Origin: Haliotis rufescens
Lineage: Eukaryota
DNA length: 64,000 nt
Direction of reading: 5' to 3'
NCBI RefSeq assembly: GCF_023055435.1
Contig: NW_025964002.1
Span: 3,782,001 to 3,846,000 of the forward strand
Shown here: in pieces, positions 13,276-26,819 of the stretch
Layout: every line of letters begins with the position of its first letter
Position numbering within the stretch: position 1 is the first letter of the stretch
Notes under the pieces: generated by a model
What the model saw: the letters and a program-made list of their open reading frames with translations, nothing else
Databases searched by the model: none
What the model was told of the DNA's origin: nothing
Position numbers and translations under genes: made by a program

Positions 13276-13626
13276 GGTGAGGTGAAATTGGGTTTAACGT
13301 CGCGTCCAAGATTATTGCACTTATATAGCGACGTGCATGCACGTGTATGTGTGTGTGTGGCTGCTTGTACTAGTCCGGACTGATGCCGATTTATAGTGCT
13401 AGCTCACTGAGATACCATGCCGCAGTTTAACATGAATACCCCACTCAGACACAGTATACTGACTCCGAGCCGACCAGTCCTTGTTTTAGCCCCTTAATGC
13501 CGAGCGCCAGACAGGGTTACAACAAGTACAATCTTTTAACGTCTTTTTGTATGACGCGGCCCGGGATCGAACCCTGGACCTTCCGCTCTCCGGGCGGACG
13601 CTCTACCACAAGACCACGGAGGCGGT
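13276..13626 (-). mobile_element. tRNA-derived SINE family C (Meta-SINE-like), full length
   Basis: tRNA-like head with GGTTCGATCCC, body GTCATAC.AAAAGACGTTAAAAGAT...GAGCTAGCACTATAAAT, tail GCGACGTTAAACCCAATTTCACCTCACC; TSD AAATGGTGTCTGA (13263-13275 / 13627-13639). The Meta assignment is from memory of molluscan SINEs. Confidence 0.85.
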
Positions 13627-14181
13627 AAATGGTGTCTGAAGAGAAGTTGTTTAAGACGAATAATGTTTTTGCATTTTCGATTTTGAATTTTCTATCAATA
13701 TGTCTTCCACCAAGTTTTATATGACCCTTACATTGTTTTGAGAAGATGTTTTGAATTCTTTTTAATCCAATGTGACTGGCTGCCTGGTGGGTAGAGTGAA
13801 ATTGCAATATTGATTTTTTTAAATAAACTTGAACCCCTTATGGTAACACACATCAACGCACATTTAAAGAAAAAAAAACATGAAACAAATTATGGAAAAT
13901 GAGGGGGGGGGGGGGCTTGTGACGATATTAGCTCGCCCGGCCTTTCAGGCCAAACGAGTTGAAAGAATTTTCATCAACAAATATTTCGTAGTCACTCCGC
14001 TGGATCCACCACCGTGGCAAATGATCCCACGGCTACATCCGATTCGCCGCACATAGTGTTGACGTAGTGTTTAGGAGTCAGAGGTTTCACATATAATATT
14101 TGAATATGTTTAATTTGATAAGTCTCTTGTTGCTCTTTGCTGCTTTTTTTTTACTTTCCAGTTTTGTGATTTCCAATGTGA

Positions 14182-16773
14182 ATTATGCTACAAAAATTGT
14201 ACTCAAGAAGCTGGTCGTACATAGGATATTGAGATCGGTGGTATTATGCTACTAAAATTGTACTAAAGAAGCTGCTCCTACATAGCATATTGACATCGGT
14301 GGTATTATGCTACTAAAATTGTACTCAAGAAGCTTGTCGTACATAGCATATTGACATCGGTGGTATTATGCTACTAAAATTGTACTGCAGAAGCTGGTCG
14401 TACATATCATGTTGAGATCGGTGGTATAATGGTAATAAAATTGTACTCAAGAAGCTGGTCGTACATATCATGTTGAGATCGGTGGTATTATGTTACTAAA
14501 ATTGTACTCCAGAAGCTAGTTGTACATAGCATGTTGAGATCGGTGGTATTAAGTTGCTAAAATTCTACTCAAGAAGCTGGTCGTACATATCATGTTGAGA
14601 TCGGTGGTATTATGTTACTAACATTGTACTCAAGAAGCTGGTCGTACATGTCATGTTGAGATCGGTGGTATTATGCTCCTAAAATTGTACTCAAGAAGCT
14701 GATCGTACATATCATGTTGACATCGGTGGTATTGTGCTACTAAAATTGCACTCAAGAAGCTGGTCGTACATGTCATGTTGAGATCGTTGGTATGATGCTA
14801 CTAAAATTGTACTCAAGAAGGTGGTCGTACATGTCATTTTGAGATCGGTGGTATTATGTCACTAAAATTGCACTCCAGAAGCTGGTCGTAGATGTCATGT
14901 TGAGATCGGTGGTATTATGCTACTAAAATTGTACTCAAGAAGCTTGTCGTACATAGCATGTTGAGATCGGTTGTATTATGTTACTAAAATTGTACTCAAG
15001 AAGCTGGTCGTACATAGCATGTTGAGGTCGGTGGTATTTTGTCACTAAAATTGTACTCAAGAAGCTGGTCGTACATAGCATGTTGAGATCGGTGGTATTA
15101 TGTCACTAAAATTGTACTCAAGAAGCTGGTCGTACATAGCATGTTCAAATCGGTGGTATTAAGTTACTAAAATTCTACTCAAGAAGCTGGTCGTAGATAG
15201 CATATTGAGATCGGTGGTATTAAGTTACTAACATTGTACTCAAGAAGCTGGTTGTACATAGCATGTTGAGATCGGAGGTATAATGTTACTAAAATTCTAC
15301 TCAAGAAGCTGGTCGTACATAGCATGTTGAGATCGGTGGTATTTAGTTACTAAAATTGTACTCAAGAAGCTGGTCGTACATAGCATGTTGAGATCGGAGG
15401 TATAATGTTACTAACATTGTACTCAATAAGCTGGTCGTACATATAATTTTGAGATCGAAGGTATTATGTTACTAAAATTGTACTCAAGAAGCTGGTCGTA
15501 CATAGCATGTTGAGATCGGTGGTATTAAGTTACTAAAATTGTACTCAAGAAGCTGGTCGTACATAGCATGTTGAGATCGGTGGCATTATCTCACTAAAAT
15601 TGTACTCAAGAAGCTGGTCGTACATAGCATATTGACATCGGTGGTATTATGCTACTAAAATTGTACTCAAGAAGGTGGTCGTACATAGCATGTTGAGGTC
15701 GTTGGTATTTTGTCACTAAAACTGTACTCAAGAAGCTAATCGTACATAGCATGTTGAGATCGGTGGTATTATGCTACTAAAATTGTACTCAAGAAGCTGG
15801 TCGTACATAGGATGTTGAGATCGGTGGTATTATGTTACTAAAATTGTACTCAAGAAGCTGGTCGTACATAGGATGTTGAGATCGGTGGTATAATGTCACT
15901 AAAATTGTACTCAAGAAGCTGGTCGTACATAGCATGTTGAGATCGGTGGTATTAAGTTACTAAAATTGTACTCAAGAAGCTGGTCGTACATGGCATATTG
16001 AGATGGGTGGTATTAAGTTACTAAAATTTTACTCAAGAAGCTGGTTGTTCATAGCATGTTGAGATCGGAGGTATAATGTTACTAACATTGTACTCAAGAA
16101 GCTGGTCGTACATAGCATGTTGAGATCGAAGGTATTATGTTACTAAAATTGTACTCAAGAAGCTGGTCGTACCTAGCATGTTGAGATCGGAGGTATAATG
16201 TTACTTACATTGCACTCAAGAAGCTGGTCGTACATATAATTTTGAGATCGAAGGTATTATGTTACTAAAATTGTACTCAAGAAGGTGGTCGTACATAGCA
16301 CGTTGAGATCGGTGGTATTAAGTTAGTAAAATTGTACTCAAGAAGCTGGTCGTACATAGCATGTTGAGATCGGTGGTATTTAGTTACTAACATTGTACTC
16401 AAAAAGCTGGTCGTACATAGCATGTTGAGATCGGAGGTATAATTTTACTAACATTGTACTCAAGAAGCTGGTCGTACATATAATGTTGAGATCGGAGGTA
16501 TTATGTTACTAAAATTCTACTCAAGAAGCTGGTCGTACATAGCATGTTGAGATCGGAGGTATAATGTAACTAACATTGCACTCAAGAAGCTGGTCGTACA
16601 TATAATGTTGAGATCGGTGGTATTATGTCACTAAAATTCTACTCAAGAAGCTGGTCGTACATAGCATGTTGAGATCGGAGGTATTTAGTTACAAAAATTG
16701 TACATAAGAAGCTGGTCGTACATAGCATGTTGAGATCGGAGGTATAATGTTACTAAAATTGTACTCAAGAAGG
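14182..16773. repeat. 61-bp tandem satellite, ~42 copies, intronic
   Basis: Unit AAAATTGTACTCAAGAAGCTGGTCGTACATAGCATGTTGAGATCGGTGGTATTATGTTACT; register shifts by 1 per 60-nt line. Confidence 0.97.
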
Positions 16774-17334
16774 TGTAAATTAAGAGTAGGCTGTACCGAT
16801 CTTAACAAACAGAGGTTTTACAGATTTATTCATGATGATCCTACCAGCAGCTGTAGTTATCATAACGAAGGCAGTCTTCATGATTTATTCCAATATTTCA
16901 ATTCATGCGACATTAGATGAACATGCTTTGTCAAGAGCATTAATATCAAGCCCGTGTTGTTTTGAAATACTAATCTACAAGATGATAGATATTGATATTA
17001 AAACGACTGGATCTGTTCACGACAATATTACCCTCACAAATAGATTTTGCTAAGACTAATTCAATATTATAATGTATTGTACCATGACATTGATGAATGC
17101 TTGATTCTGATAAGTTAAAAAGAGGTTTCCTTTTTGTTACGGAAACCCCTTTCAAACAGTTTAAACCTTTCCCCCAAAATACGTGCACGGGAATACCTCG
17201 ATAGCCTTCATATCGATTAATAAAAATAGGTTTATCTCCTTAGTCCGTTATTAATGTTTGTTACATGTACATTTTGCTTATCTTCGGGACTGCTGTAGTG
17301 TTTTTTATGAAAAAGTAAAGATGCCTCAACTTAC

Positions 17335-17401
17335 CACCAGCTACCATAAGTGTGGTCCCTAGCAGAATACACAGGTCCAGCGAATACATACTCAATGACA
17401 T
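17335..17401 (-). CDS. Probable first coding exon (signal peptide) of the multi-FAMeT-domain gene
   Basis: ATG at 17401 gives MSLSMYSLDLCILLGTTLMVAG followed by a G|gtaag phase-1 donor, in phase with the acceptor at 12034. Confidence 0.65.
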
Positions 17402-17782
17402 CTCAAAGAGGGATGTTCTTCACACCAAGAGCAGCAAGTCAAGTCATCGTTGGTGTCCTAACAGATCCGTTGTGAGCGCGCCCTCTGAAAGGAGCCCTAG
17501 TCTGATATTATCGATGAAACCTAAACGCTCCGTGACGCCAACGACAGTGTGTCCCATGATGCCACACAAGGAGAGCGTGACCTTGTGGACGAGTGTAGTG
17601 CCTGTCAGGTGATGGCATTGTTTACTTTCATATGTGTACTGACAGTTAATTAGCTACAATGTAGATATCGCTCGATCTCACACAAGCGATATCTCCTGTG
17701 GGAGCCAGTTTTGGATGATAAATGTAAGCAGAGACCATATAATAGATGGTCGCTGATGTAAGCAATACAGATCTGAGTATAA

Positions 17783-19715
17783 TAGTCAGTTGGCCACCAT
17801 CAGAAAAGAGGCTTAGTTTAGATTTTCGTTCCCACATTTTCCCGTATACCTTAAACCTTTTCTATTGCATAAAGAAGGCAAATGTACGCTATGTTCTTTT
17901 GGTGGTAAGCTTGCAAGTGTGTGCGTGAATTTTCAAGGGGTCAAAATTGCTTAATTGGAAGGTTAAAATGCATACTTTGACAAAATTGGCTGTAACATTT
18001 TGAGTATTGCCTCCTGCAATGGATACGACCGTATTGTCATTCACAGCCGAGACACTGATGTTAGTACTGTTGATACATCATAAACATCGGTTTTCTGCTC
18101 TGATATGGATGAGTGCAGGTGCTGCAAAGGACCTTCGATTCATACCAGTTGATGCTGTACATCACTCCAGATGTTGTAGCTGCTCTACCAACATTCCGCG
18201 CGGTCACAGGTTGTAACACAACAAGCCAGTTCAGAAGTAATAGGAAGAGGTCGACCTGGAACATATTTATCGCACAACCAGATTTGTTGCAACAAACAGA
18301 AGAAAGTGGTGCCTTCGACATGAATAAGGCAGAATCATTTGTCATCAAAGTGTACAATCCAGCATCTACTGCAGTTAGCATTAATACACTAAGCGCTGAC
18401 ATGTTGGAGACCTAGAGAAACTCCTACAGACACAAGAGTATATGTGGACGTCTACTAAGGATGTCATGGTCCCCATGTTCAGGAACGAATGCTGTAAACT
18501 AGATTTGTTCACCTGTAAATGCACAATAAGCAGATGCTCCTCACCCAGGTGGAGTTGCGCCAAGAACAGCTTCGGATGTTCCCTTGGATGCAATTATGCT
18601 ATGTCATGCCTAAACAGAAGCAACTTACCAACCTCCCAGAAAAGATGGACTCTGAAGGTGACTAGAGGTGACATTATTTCACAGCCCTTGACACTGTGAT
18701 TTACTTTTTATATACTTCATAATACTACACGTATTCACGTGTTGTTTCATCCAATTGTTAAACTAGTGAAATGCTCCGGCAAAAGTGCAGTATATCTACA
18801 TATTTGAGTGAAACTATGTCCATTTTAATTGAAATCTGACTTTGGGTTTGGGTTGGTGTCGCTAGAGAAATTAGCTTTCAATATATCATTTGTTTTATTG
18901 TTAGGGATGAATTTACCACAGAAGTCAGTTAATACCATACATAATTGAAAAGACAATGTAAAAAGCTTTCATGTGAGATATTACCATGTTGAAGAACTAT
19001 ATTAGATCTTGATTTTGAAAACAGGTCCAAACGGCAGCCATCTTGAAATTCACTATGGCCAACATCGATGTTCATAGAAAAACTTGAAACATCATTTTTC
19101 TTTATGATTTTATTATTTTTGTGGTTTTTTTCAGCATTGTTGCAACTATCCCACTCATCCACTACATTAACATAATCAACCACCATGTCTCAAAAAGCAG
19201 TTTTCGTCAACATTGATTTTTGGTGGGTGGGGTAACATTGTATATAATATTTCAGCCCCTATATTATATATTCATTTTGTTTTCTGTATAGGATAGCACA
19301 ATGGTTAAGGCAGATTTCGATATGAAGTTATAGTGATTTTATTGCCAAAATTCAATGGAATTAGTGTTTAACCTACTCACAAGATTTGGAAAAGAAGGAG
19401 AAAAACATGACTTTTATCAATGTTTTCACTGAGAATTAGAATAACAGTTCATTGAAACAAAGTGTTTGCCAAATTCATATATCCGAACATATAACATGTA
19501 CTCATAGCCATAATTTGGATAGTTTAATGACTTAATAAAAATGATACAGCAAATTTTGTCAATTTATGCATTTTTCATGCAATTTATGCAATTATGACCC
19601 CGTGAAAATTCACGCACACACTTGCAAGCTTACCACCAAATGAAAACTGCGTACAGATACCTTCTTTATGCAGTGAGAATGAAAATCTTGTTTTTCACCC
19701 CTGGCCAACAGACTA
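17783..19715 (+). mobile_element. Academ-type DNA transposon, internally deleted remnant
   Basis: Imperfect long TIRs (TAGTCAGTTGGCCA...TGGCCAACAGACTA; GCTTGCAAGTGTGTGCGTGAATTTTCA inverted at ~17910 and ~19605). Flanks TAA/TGA. Decayed ORF has XPG/H3TH-like ALPTFRAVTGCNTTSQF and Cys-rich CKCTISRCSS..SCAKNSFGCSLGC. Confidence 0.7.
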
Positions 19716-20005
19716 TGATGTATATCATTATATATTGACTGTCAGCCAACCTGGGCTACTATATCACTTCCCGTTAATTACTGTTATTTATAGTATGACA
19801 TTTATTGCCTTAACTGTTCATCCCCTGAACTATGTCGGTTCATCACCCACAGAAGTCCAACGTCCAGAGCAACATCATTGCTGTAAACGGCGACAGAGGT
19901 TGTGGTGAACTGGGCTAGGTCAACGTACACCGACATGTGACGGGTATGTGCAAGCTAAAGAAATTCCGGTACAAACAATTGACGCGGAATGTACGACTTA
20001 CACAA

Positions 20006-20125
20006 GTGAGTGTGAATGAGTTGAGTTTTACGCCGCTTCCAGCAATATTCCAGCAATACCACGGCGGGAGACAACACAAATGGGCTTCACGCGTTGTACC
20101 AATGCAGAGAATCGAACCCAGGACG
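20006..20125 (-). mobile_element. SINE family B, 5'-truncated
   Basis: Matches the 3' part of 2926-3093 on the minus strand. Confidence 0.75.
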
Positions 20126-20286
20126 GTACTTAGTATCTTGAAATTTCAACTTAGTATTGAAAAAAAATAATTAAAAAATGGCCCTAAAAGGGTTCCGTAT
20201 CTTCCACATTACTCATCCATTTTTTTATTCTGATCGAGACTCGATTATTCACTGCCCGCCATATCTGAATAGTGCCGAGTGAGCCG

Positions 20287-20620
20287 AGCACAACACATAA
20301 ACAATCAAGGCACCAAGACAGCAGTCATACATTGTCGTGTTACAGTTACCCTAGCACAACACATAAACAATCAAGGCACCAAGACAGCAGTCATACATTG
20401 TCGTGTTACAGTTACCCTAGCACAACACATAAACAATCAAGGCACCAAGACAGCAGTCATACATTGTCGTGTTACAGTTACCCTAGCACAACACATCAAC
20501 AATCAAGGCACCAAGACAGCAGTCATACATTGTCGTCTTACAGTTACTCGAGCACAACACATAAACAATCAAGGCACCAAGACAGCAGTCATACATTGTC
20601 GTGTTACAGTTACCCTAGCT
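20287..20620. repeat. 66-bp minisatellite, ~5 copies
   Basis: Unit AGCACAACACATAAACAATCAAGGCACCAAGACAGCAGTCATACATTGTCGTGTTACAGTTACCCT. Confidence 0.95.
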
Positions 20621-22429
20621 GCTCATCACGGACGACACACTTGTATTTGTTCTATAGTGAAAACAATCAATCATTCTGTACCCGTGATGCCAGTCGTAAA
20701 ACAGTTTGGCCGAATGTGATGGGGTGGCATGGTGTGACGCTTCATCAACGCACTAGCATCAGTACCGAAACGTCGCTAGGAAAGAATATGAAGTTGAAAT
20801 CATTTTTCTCATTGATACTAAAGTCTGTTAAATGCCACCTGAAGATATTGTTTCTGGTGTAATGTACTACTAGTGTTATCGATCGACTAGCTATACATAC
20901 CATAAGGTTATTTGAGTATTGTAATTATCAGGGAACGATCGACACAGATGGAGACCCTCTCACGAGGGTGAGTATCGAATGTCGATTGTGTAAAACAATT
21001 TTTGCAATTTTACCATGGAGGACATTTAAGCTCTAGATTAAATCGACTTGTGATTACAATGGTCGTATTTTTAAATAAGCAGACTGCAACGGTGGAAGTT
21101 TCATATGTTTCTAAACTCCACGTGGCCGGAAACGCATCAACTGTTGCTATAGTTACAGAAGGTGTATGTTACACAGACAGGTCGTGTTGTTAACCACGGT
21201 GTTGAAATCAAAACGCAACATAGGCAATATGTATGACACACAACCAGTGGTTAATGAAACGCGAGCCGTGGTTCATGCTCTTAAAACATGGCAGCGTGTT
21301 GCCAGCAGTACATTATCACTGCCTACTATGTAATATTCGACTTTCGCACTGTGTTACCCTCTACTGCTAACATGACCCTGATCTACCAAGACCATTCCAG
21401 GACCTTTAAAGAGGAGTCAAATGCAAGGGGTGTTAAAGGGGGTGTCCATTTACGACTTGAGAGTGAGGGCTCCGACGTTCATATAATTCGGTCCTCACTC
21501 TATAAAGGTTCATACTCCAATAAACTTATATAATGTGACAGTAAATTCTTATAAGGTTTTTTTATCACTATCCTATATATCGAGGGGTGTAGCGCTCGAT
21601 CTGAACGTGTGACTTCATGTTTACACTGACAGCTATACAACAACCAGCTGTATCGAGGAAAATAGATCCCCAAAAGAGAGGTGACATGAGCGTATGTATG
21701 CTCATCTTGCTTTAAAAGAACATCTATTGTGGTTTGTTTACAAGAAATGTATTAAAAAAATATCATCATTGGTCGGGATAGGTTACGAACTACCTCGGTA
21801 AGTCATTCACAATGACAGCGCGTCGTAATACATTTACATCAAATACCATTCGTCACCACTCGCCCCTTTCCGTAACCTGCAAGAAGACTCGTCCCCCTCT
21901 CGATGAATGTTATGTGCGAAAATACGACAAACCAATCAGAATGCGCGTATGATTTCGAGTTCTTTGTCAAATAATCCCTCAGAAATAATGTTTGATTTTA
22001 CATATGACTTGCACCTAAAAATATACCCAAGACACAGTTAAATGTGTTTAATCATACTGTATAATTCCGCACGTCCCGATGTCCTTTAGATTGCATCAGA
22101 AATATATATAATATATGGGGAAATATATGTGAACCATTACGCAACGAGTTGACAATTGTTTTAGGTATGCCCGTTTGCGCTAAGACGGAACCTAGTCGCA
22201 AAAATGGCCATGAGAGGGGCACGAGTCGCTATTCGGCTTGTCCCGGAATAACACGAGTTGGTCACGATTGATCAAGTACAAGACGTAAAAAAAATGGAAG
22301 ATACAGTAAACGTGACGGAAGAGATTTCCGAAGTTGGTAATGAACCTGTGACGGTTACATGTGTTTATCATCACCGATCAGTTGGCCAATCACTGAAAGG
22401 TGATTGTAAAGATGTGTCAAATAGATCCT

Positions 22430-22800
22430 AAGGTAAATTCGTAGACTGGTGCAGACTGCCACTGTCTCAGTCTAGCCACTGATCGAGTCGATACTACGAT
22501 GGTTTGGATGTGCATTTCTTCGATTTGTTCACTAGGATTGGTGGTAGCGAGGATATTCGTGAACGATCATGCATACAAACTCTCTTACGTTGCGCAATGT
22601 ATGCGGAAACGCTGAGTTCGAGATTAAAGTGTCTACATGAGCAGAAACAAAGCTTTTTGTATGTATTCGTGCTTGGGGTTCCCAGGGATCTCCCCAGGAG
22701 AGTGGAAGAAGACGTCAGTGTTGAGTCATTCCAAGAATACAGTCTCATGAAAAACGTATGAAGGTCAAATTGTGTCGTTCATACGCTTATGAACGTCAGT
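22430..22800 (+). repeat. Unclassified dispersed repeat; diverged inverted copy at ~61635-61985
   Basis: Segments such as GTGCTTGGGGTTCCCAGGG and GTGTCGTTCATACGCTT match the reverse complement of 61635-61930. Confidence 0.5.
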
Positions 22801-23149
22801 TACGCGGTCAAGTGACCGGCCTCTCTTCCAATGAAAACGCTTAATATCGTGTAAACTTCAAATTAAAAAAATATTTCACAATCAATCTAGGGTGTGGACG
22901 CTTATTTAAAATTTGGTGTCATGCATTGAGGTTCTTGTGACATTTTCAGAAGAATTACCAAGATTTTTAGGAGGGTTTCAGGTCCAATTTACCATGACTT
23001 TGGGAATTAGTCGATTCTGATTGGTCAACCAGAGGTAATAAATCACAATAACCATCTCTGATTGGCTGAATTGATGACCGCATCACCGCGGAAGATGATA
23101 CTAACAGGCGAGTACAAAGCTATTAAGTATGTGCGTGAGTTGGTGAGTG

Positions 23150-23310
23150 AAGGAGTTGGGTTTAAAGATGTTTTTACAACATCCGAGTGATATCACCTTC
23201 ATCTCGGACGAACGCCAGAAATGAAGCAGGTCTCAGACTTTAAGACATTGGTAACGACAACTGAACAATCTAGAAACATAATCGGGGCGAACCGGGATTC
23301 GAACCTACTA
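23150..23310 (-). mobile_element. SINE family D fragment
   Basis: GCAGGTCTCAGAC...TAGAAACATAATCGGGGCGAACCGGGATTCGAACC is shared with 59498-59765. Confidence 0.65.
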
Positions 23311-23439
23311 TATAGTTATATGATGATAATGAAAGACAATAGTGGTAACACATACTACAACCGGTGTGACATCAGATGTCATGACCGCCAACGAATGACG
23401 ATGGTGGTAAGATGGGAAACTGAGGTTTGTGAATAATAC

Positions 23440-24190
23440 CGCCACGATTTGTAAAAAAACATTCATTCACGCGACGAGGCATACTGCGTATGAGTCTCCC
23501 AAAGACGATTTGAGGAAGTCTGGCCCACTCCTCTTGAAGCGCCTCGCCAAGTTCAGCCAACGTGGCACATCAAGCTTTCATTTCCCAGACGTGTTCAATA
23601 TGAGAACGGTCTTGGTTCATTGCTGGCCATGGCATTCTATTATGGTTGTGCTGCTCGAGAAACGACTTAACGCTTCGTGCACGGTGAGCACGGGCGTTGT
23701 CGTCCCGAAAGACAAAACGTCGACTCACGCGCCTTGCAGAACGGGACAGCAAGGGGTGTCAGTATGGTGTCCCGACAGCACTGCACAGTGTCCCTTCCTT
23801 GCACAATATGGAGTGGGTTTCGATCAGGCATAGTGACACAATAACCGATCCATCGCCAAATATGTCACGAGGTCTTTGGTTGACGTTGGCTTGGCGCACA
23901 TTCCATGGTAATCACAGACTGTGAAACATTGAACGTATTGGCCACTGCACGCTGACTTCTTCCAGTTTCGAACATGCCAATAGCCGAGCGGGCGCGGCAC
24001 CGCTAGTTCTTACACAAACTGTGAATAAAATCATGTTAATCACAACTGTATGATAAGCAGAATCAATGCGATTGACAGACATAATGGTCAACAACAATTA
24101 ATCGATTTTCCTTGAAAGTGTCAAAACCAGGAATGACACTCTACGCATGTCTGTGACGACTGTGTGAGGCACGTGCAAACTATATGCTGT
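23440..24190 (-). pseudogene. Degenerate Tc1-family transposase remnant
   Basis: Minus-strand fragments FVFRDDNARAHRA, WPAMNQDRSHIEHVW, ALQEEWARLPQ...LIRSMPRRV are Tc1 DD34E C-terminal motifs. Confidence 0.8.
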
Positions 24191-25039
24191 ATTTTTGTGT
24201 TACGTTTTACAGATATATACGTTCTTTCATAGCATGTTGATCGTCAACACTTATCTTTCTTCTCATACTCGGTGTGAACATTTTATTTCGAGATCCCCTA
24301 CTTTTTTTAAGAGTATAAAATTCAGTGATCTGGAACATATGCAACCTTTTCAGAACCCATTTCTCACAGGATATCACAATACCCAACAGACATTTGCTGT
24401 GATGGATGTGCATATATAATTGTGCTCAGAGGGATGTTGATCTCACGTGATGTGACAAAACCCAAACAAAAATACTATGAAGCGTTTCAACATACAATTG
24501 GCATCATAAAAAGGTCTCTTTGTCTTACTGGGTGTTCCAGTAGATCGCAACCACATGTGCTACAAAGCATGACCATATATTATTGATGCCATAAGAGTTT
24601 GGTCTTGTGGGACAAACCCAGGACAAGTACCGTTCGTGCCACCTTGACTTTCATGTAGGTGTTGCGTTTCATGTTGACATTGGTTATGCCAAGTGGGGAA
24701 TTGATACATGTACTTGTTTAGCTGAAGCTACCGACAGGCATTGAGATGAGCTTCATGCCCTAGCTGTAACGTGGCACTGTGGCTGTGTCTCTTTGACTGC
24801 CCTACTGGGAGACAGAGCTAAGGTACACAGACACTCAGAAGAGTTTGCTCTGATAATAGATCACTCACTGTCCAAGACTCAAAGCACCGATTTCAATTTT
24901 CTGAGAAACATGGTCAAAGTTAATGAGATAGGAAGTTGCAATTTCAAAATTATTTTGGATATATAAGCGACACAACCATACTCACAAGAAATCTCTGCCG
25001 AGAGGACAGACCTCTCTATGATTCCGACTATATCATGTA

Positions 25040-26386
25040 CAGTCGTCCCTGGTTATAATGCCATCTTACATTCAGGGTGGCATTATGATAAGGGAAGTGA
25101 AACACAGACCAATTTAATTCAGTGACGTTATAACCAGGGTGGCATTATAACCGGGCAGGCATTATATAGGAGGTGGCATAACAACCAGGGTGGCATTATA
25201 ACTGGGGTGGCATTACAACCAGGGTGGCATTATAACCGGATGGCATTACAACCAGGATTGCATTATAACAAGGGTGGCATTATAACCTGGGTGGCATTAT
25301 AACCAGGGTGGCATTATAACCGGGGTGGCATTATAACCAGGGTGGCATTACAACCAGGGTGGCATTATAACCGGAGTGGCATTACAACCAGGGTGGCATT
25401 ATAACCAGGGTGGCGTTTTAACCGGGGTGGCGTTATAACCGGGGTGGCATTATAACCGGGTTGGCATTATAACCAGGGTTGCATTATAACCGGGGTGGTA
25501 TTATAACCTGGGTGACATTATAACCAGGGTGGCATTATACCATTATTGGCATTATAACCGGGTGGCATTATAACCAGGGTGACATTCTAACCAGGGTGGC
25601 ATTATAACCAGGGTGGCAATGTAACAAGGGTGTCATTATAACTAGGGTGGCATTATAACCTGGGTGGCATTATAATCGGGGTGGCATTATAACTAGGGTG
25701 GCATTATAACCAGGGTGGCAATGTAACAAGGGTGGCATTATAACTAGGGTGGCATTATAACTGGGGTTGCATTATAACCTTGGTGGCATTGTAACCCGGT
25801 TGGCATTATAACTAGGGTGGTATTATAACAAGGGTGGCATTATAACTAGGGTGGCATTATAACCTGGGTGGCACTATAACTAGGGTGGCATTATAACTGG
25901 GGTGGCATTATAACTAGGTCGGCATTATAACCAGGCTGGCATTATAACCTGGCTGGCATTATAACCAGGGTGGCATTATAACCTGGCTGGCATTATAACC
26001 GGATGGCATTATAACTAGGGTGACATTATAACCAGGGTGGCATTATAACCAAGGTGGCATTATAACTAGGGTGGCATTATAACTAGGGTGGCATTATAAC
26101 CTGGGTGGCATTATAACTAGGGTGGCATTATAACTGGGGTGGCATTATAACCTTGATGGCATTGTAACCCGGGTGGCATTATAACTAGGGTGGCATTATA
26201 ACCTGGGTGGCATTATAACCTTGGTGGCATTATAACCAGGGTGGTATTATAACCTGGGTGGCATTATAACAAGGGTGGCATTATAACGAGGTTGGCATTA
26301 TAACCAGGGAATGTTGTACTGAGAAATTCGTTCTTGAAAAAAACTGGCATTATAACCAGGGGCAGCATAACTTCCAGACAGAACTG
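25040..26386. mobile_element. TA-flanked pogo/Tc1-type MITE with an expanded internal 17-bp tandem array (~25075-26310)
   Basis: TA|CAGTCGTCCCTGGTTATAATGCC ... AGAACTG|TA. The internal unit GGCATTATAACCAGGGT (~70 copies) is the reverse complement of the left terminal sequence. Confidence 0.7.
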
Positions 26387-26819
26387 TATTGATGAATCAT
26401 AATAAGATAGTATTGATACCAGGTTTTCAGGAAAACCTAAGCATATTCTGTCCCACCAGTGGTAACTGTCACAAACACATGCAAAGCCAAGTCAAGTGTA
26501 CACATGCAACAACACGGGGACATATGATACAAGTAAAAAACAAGCACAACAAGCTATGTACACTTATTGATAAGGCAGAATTGACGATAAATACATGAGA
26601 GATACCTGAATGTAGATATAAATTCCCCTAATGTTTGCAAATTATAAATACAAGGACATTTTCAGAATATTATAGCGACCATATGAGAGACAAAATAATC
26701 CAGTCATTACATGGTTTGAGTGTGTCATTAGATTACAAGAGAGAGATATAGTTGAGCCACTGATTCTCTAACACCAAATGATCACACGCTGTAAGAGAGT
26801 GACCACCGGAGATTACCGG

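Noticed and set aside
14182-16773. CRISPR-like appearance of the 61-bp (and 70-bp) arrays
   Set aside because: Units are contiguous with no unique spacers, there are no cas genes, and the context is eukaryotic.
20272-20862. 196-aa and 146-aa repetitive ORFs
   Set aside because: By-products of a 66-bp unit that lacks stops in two frames; no good start or splice support.
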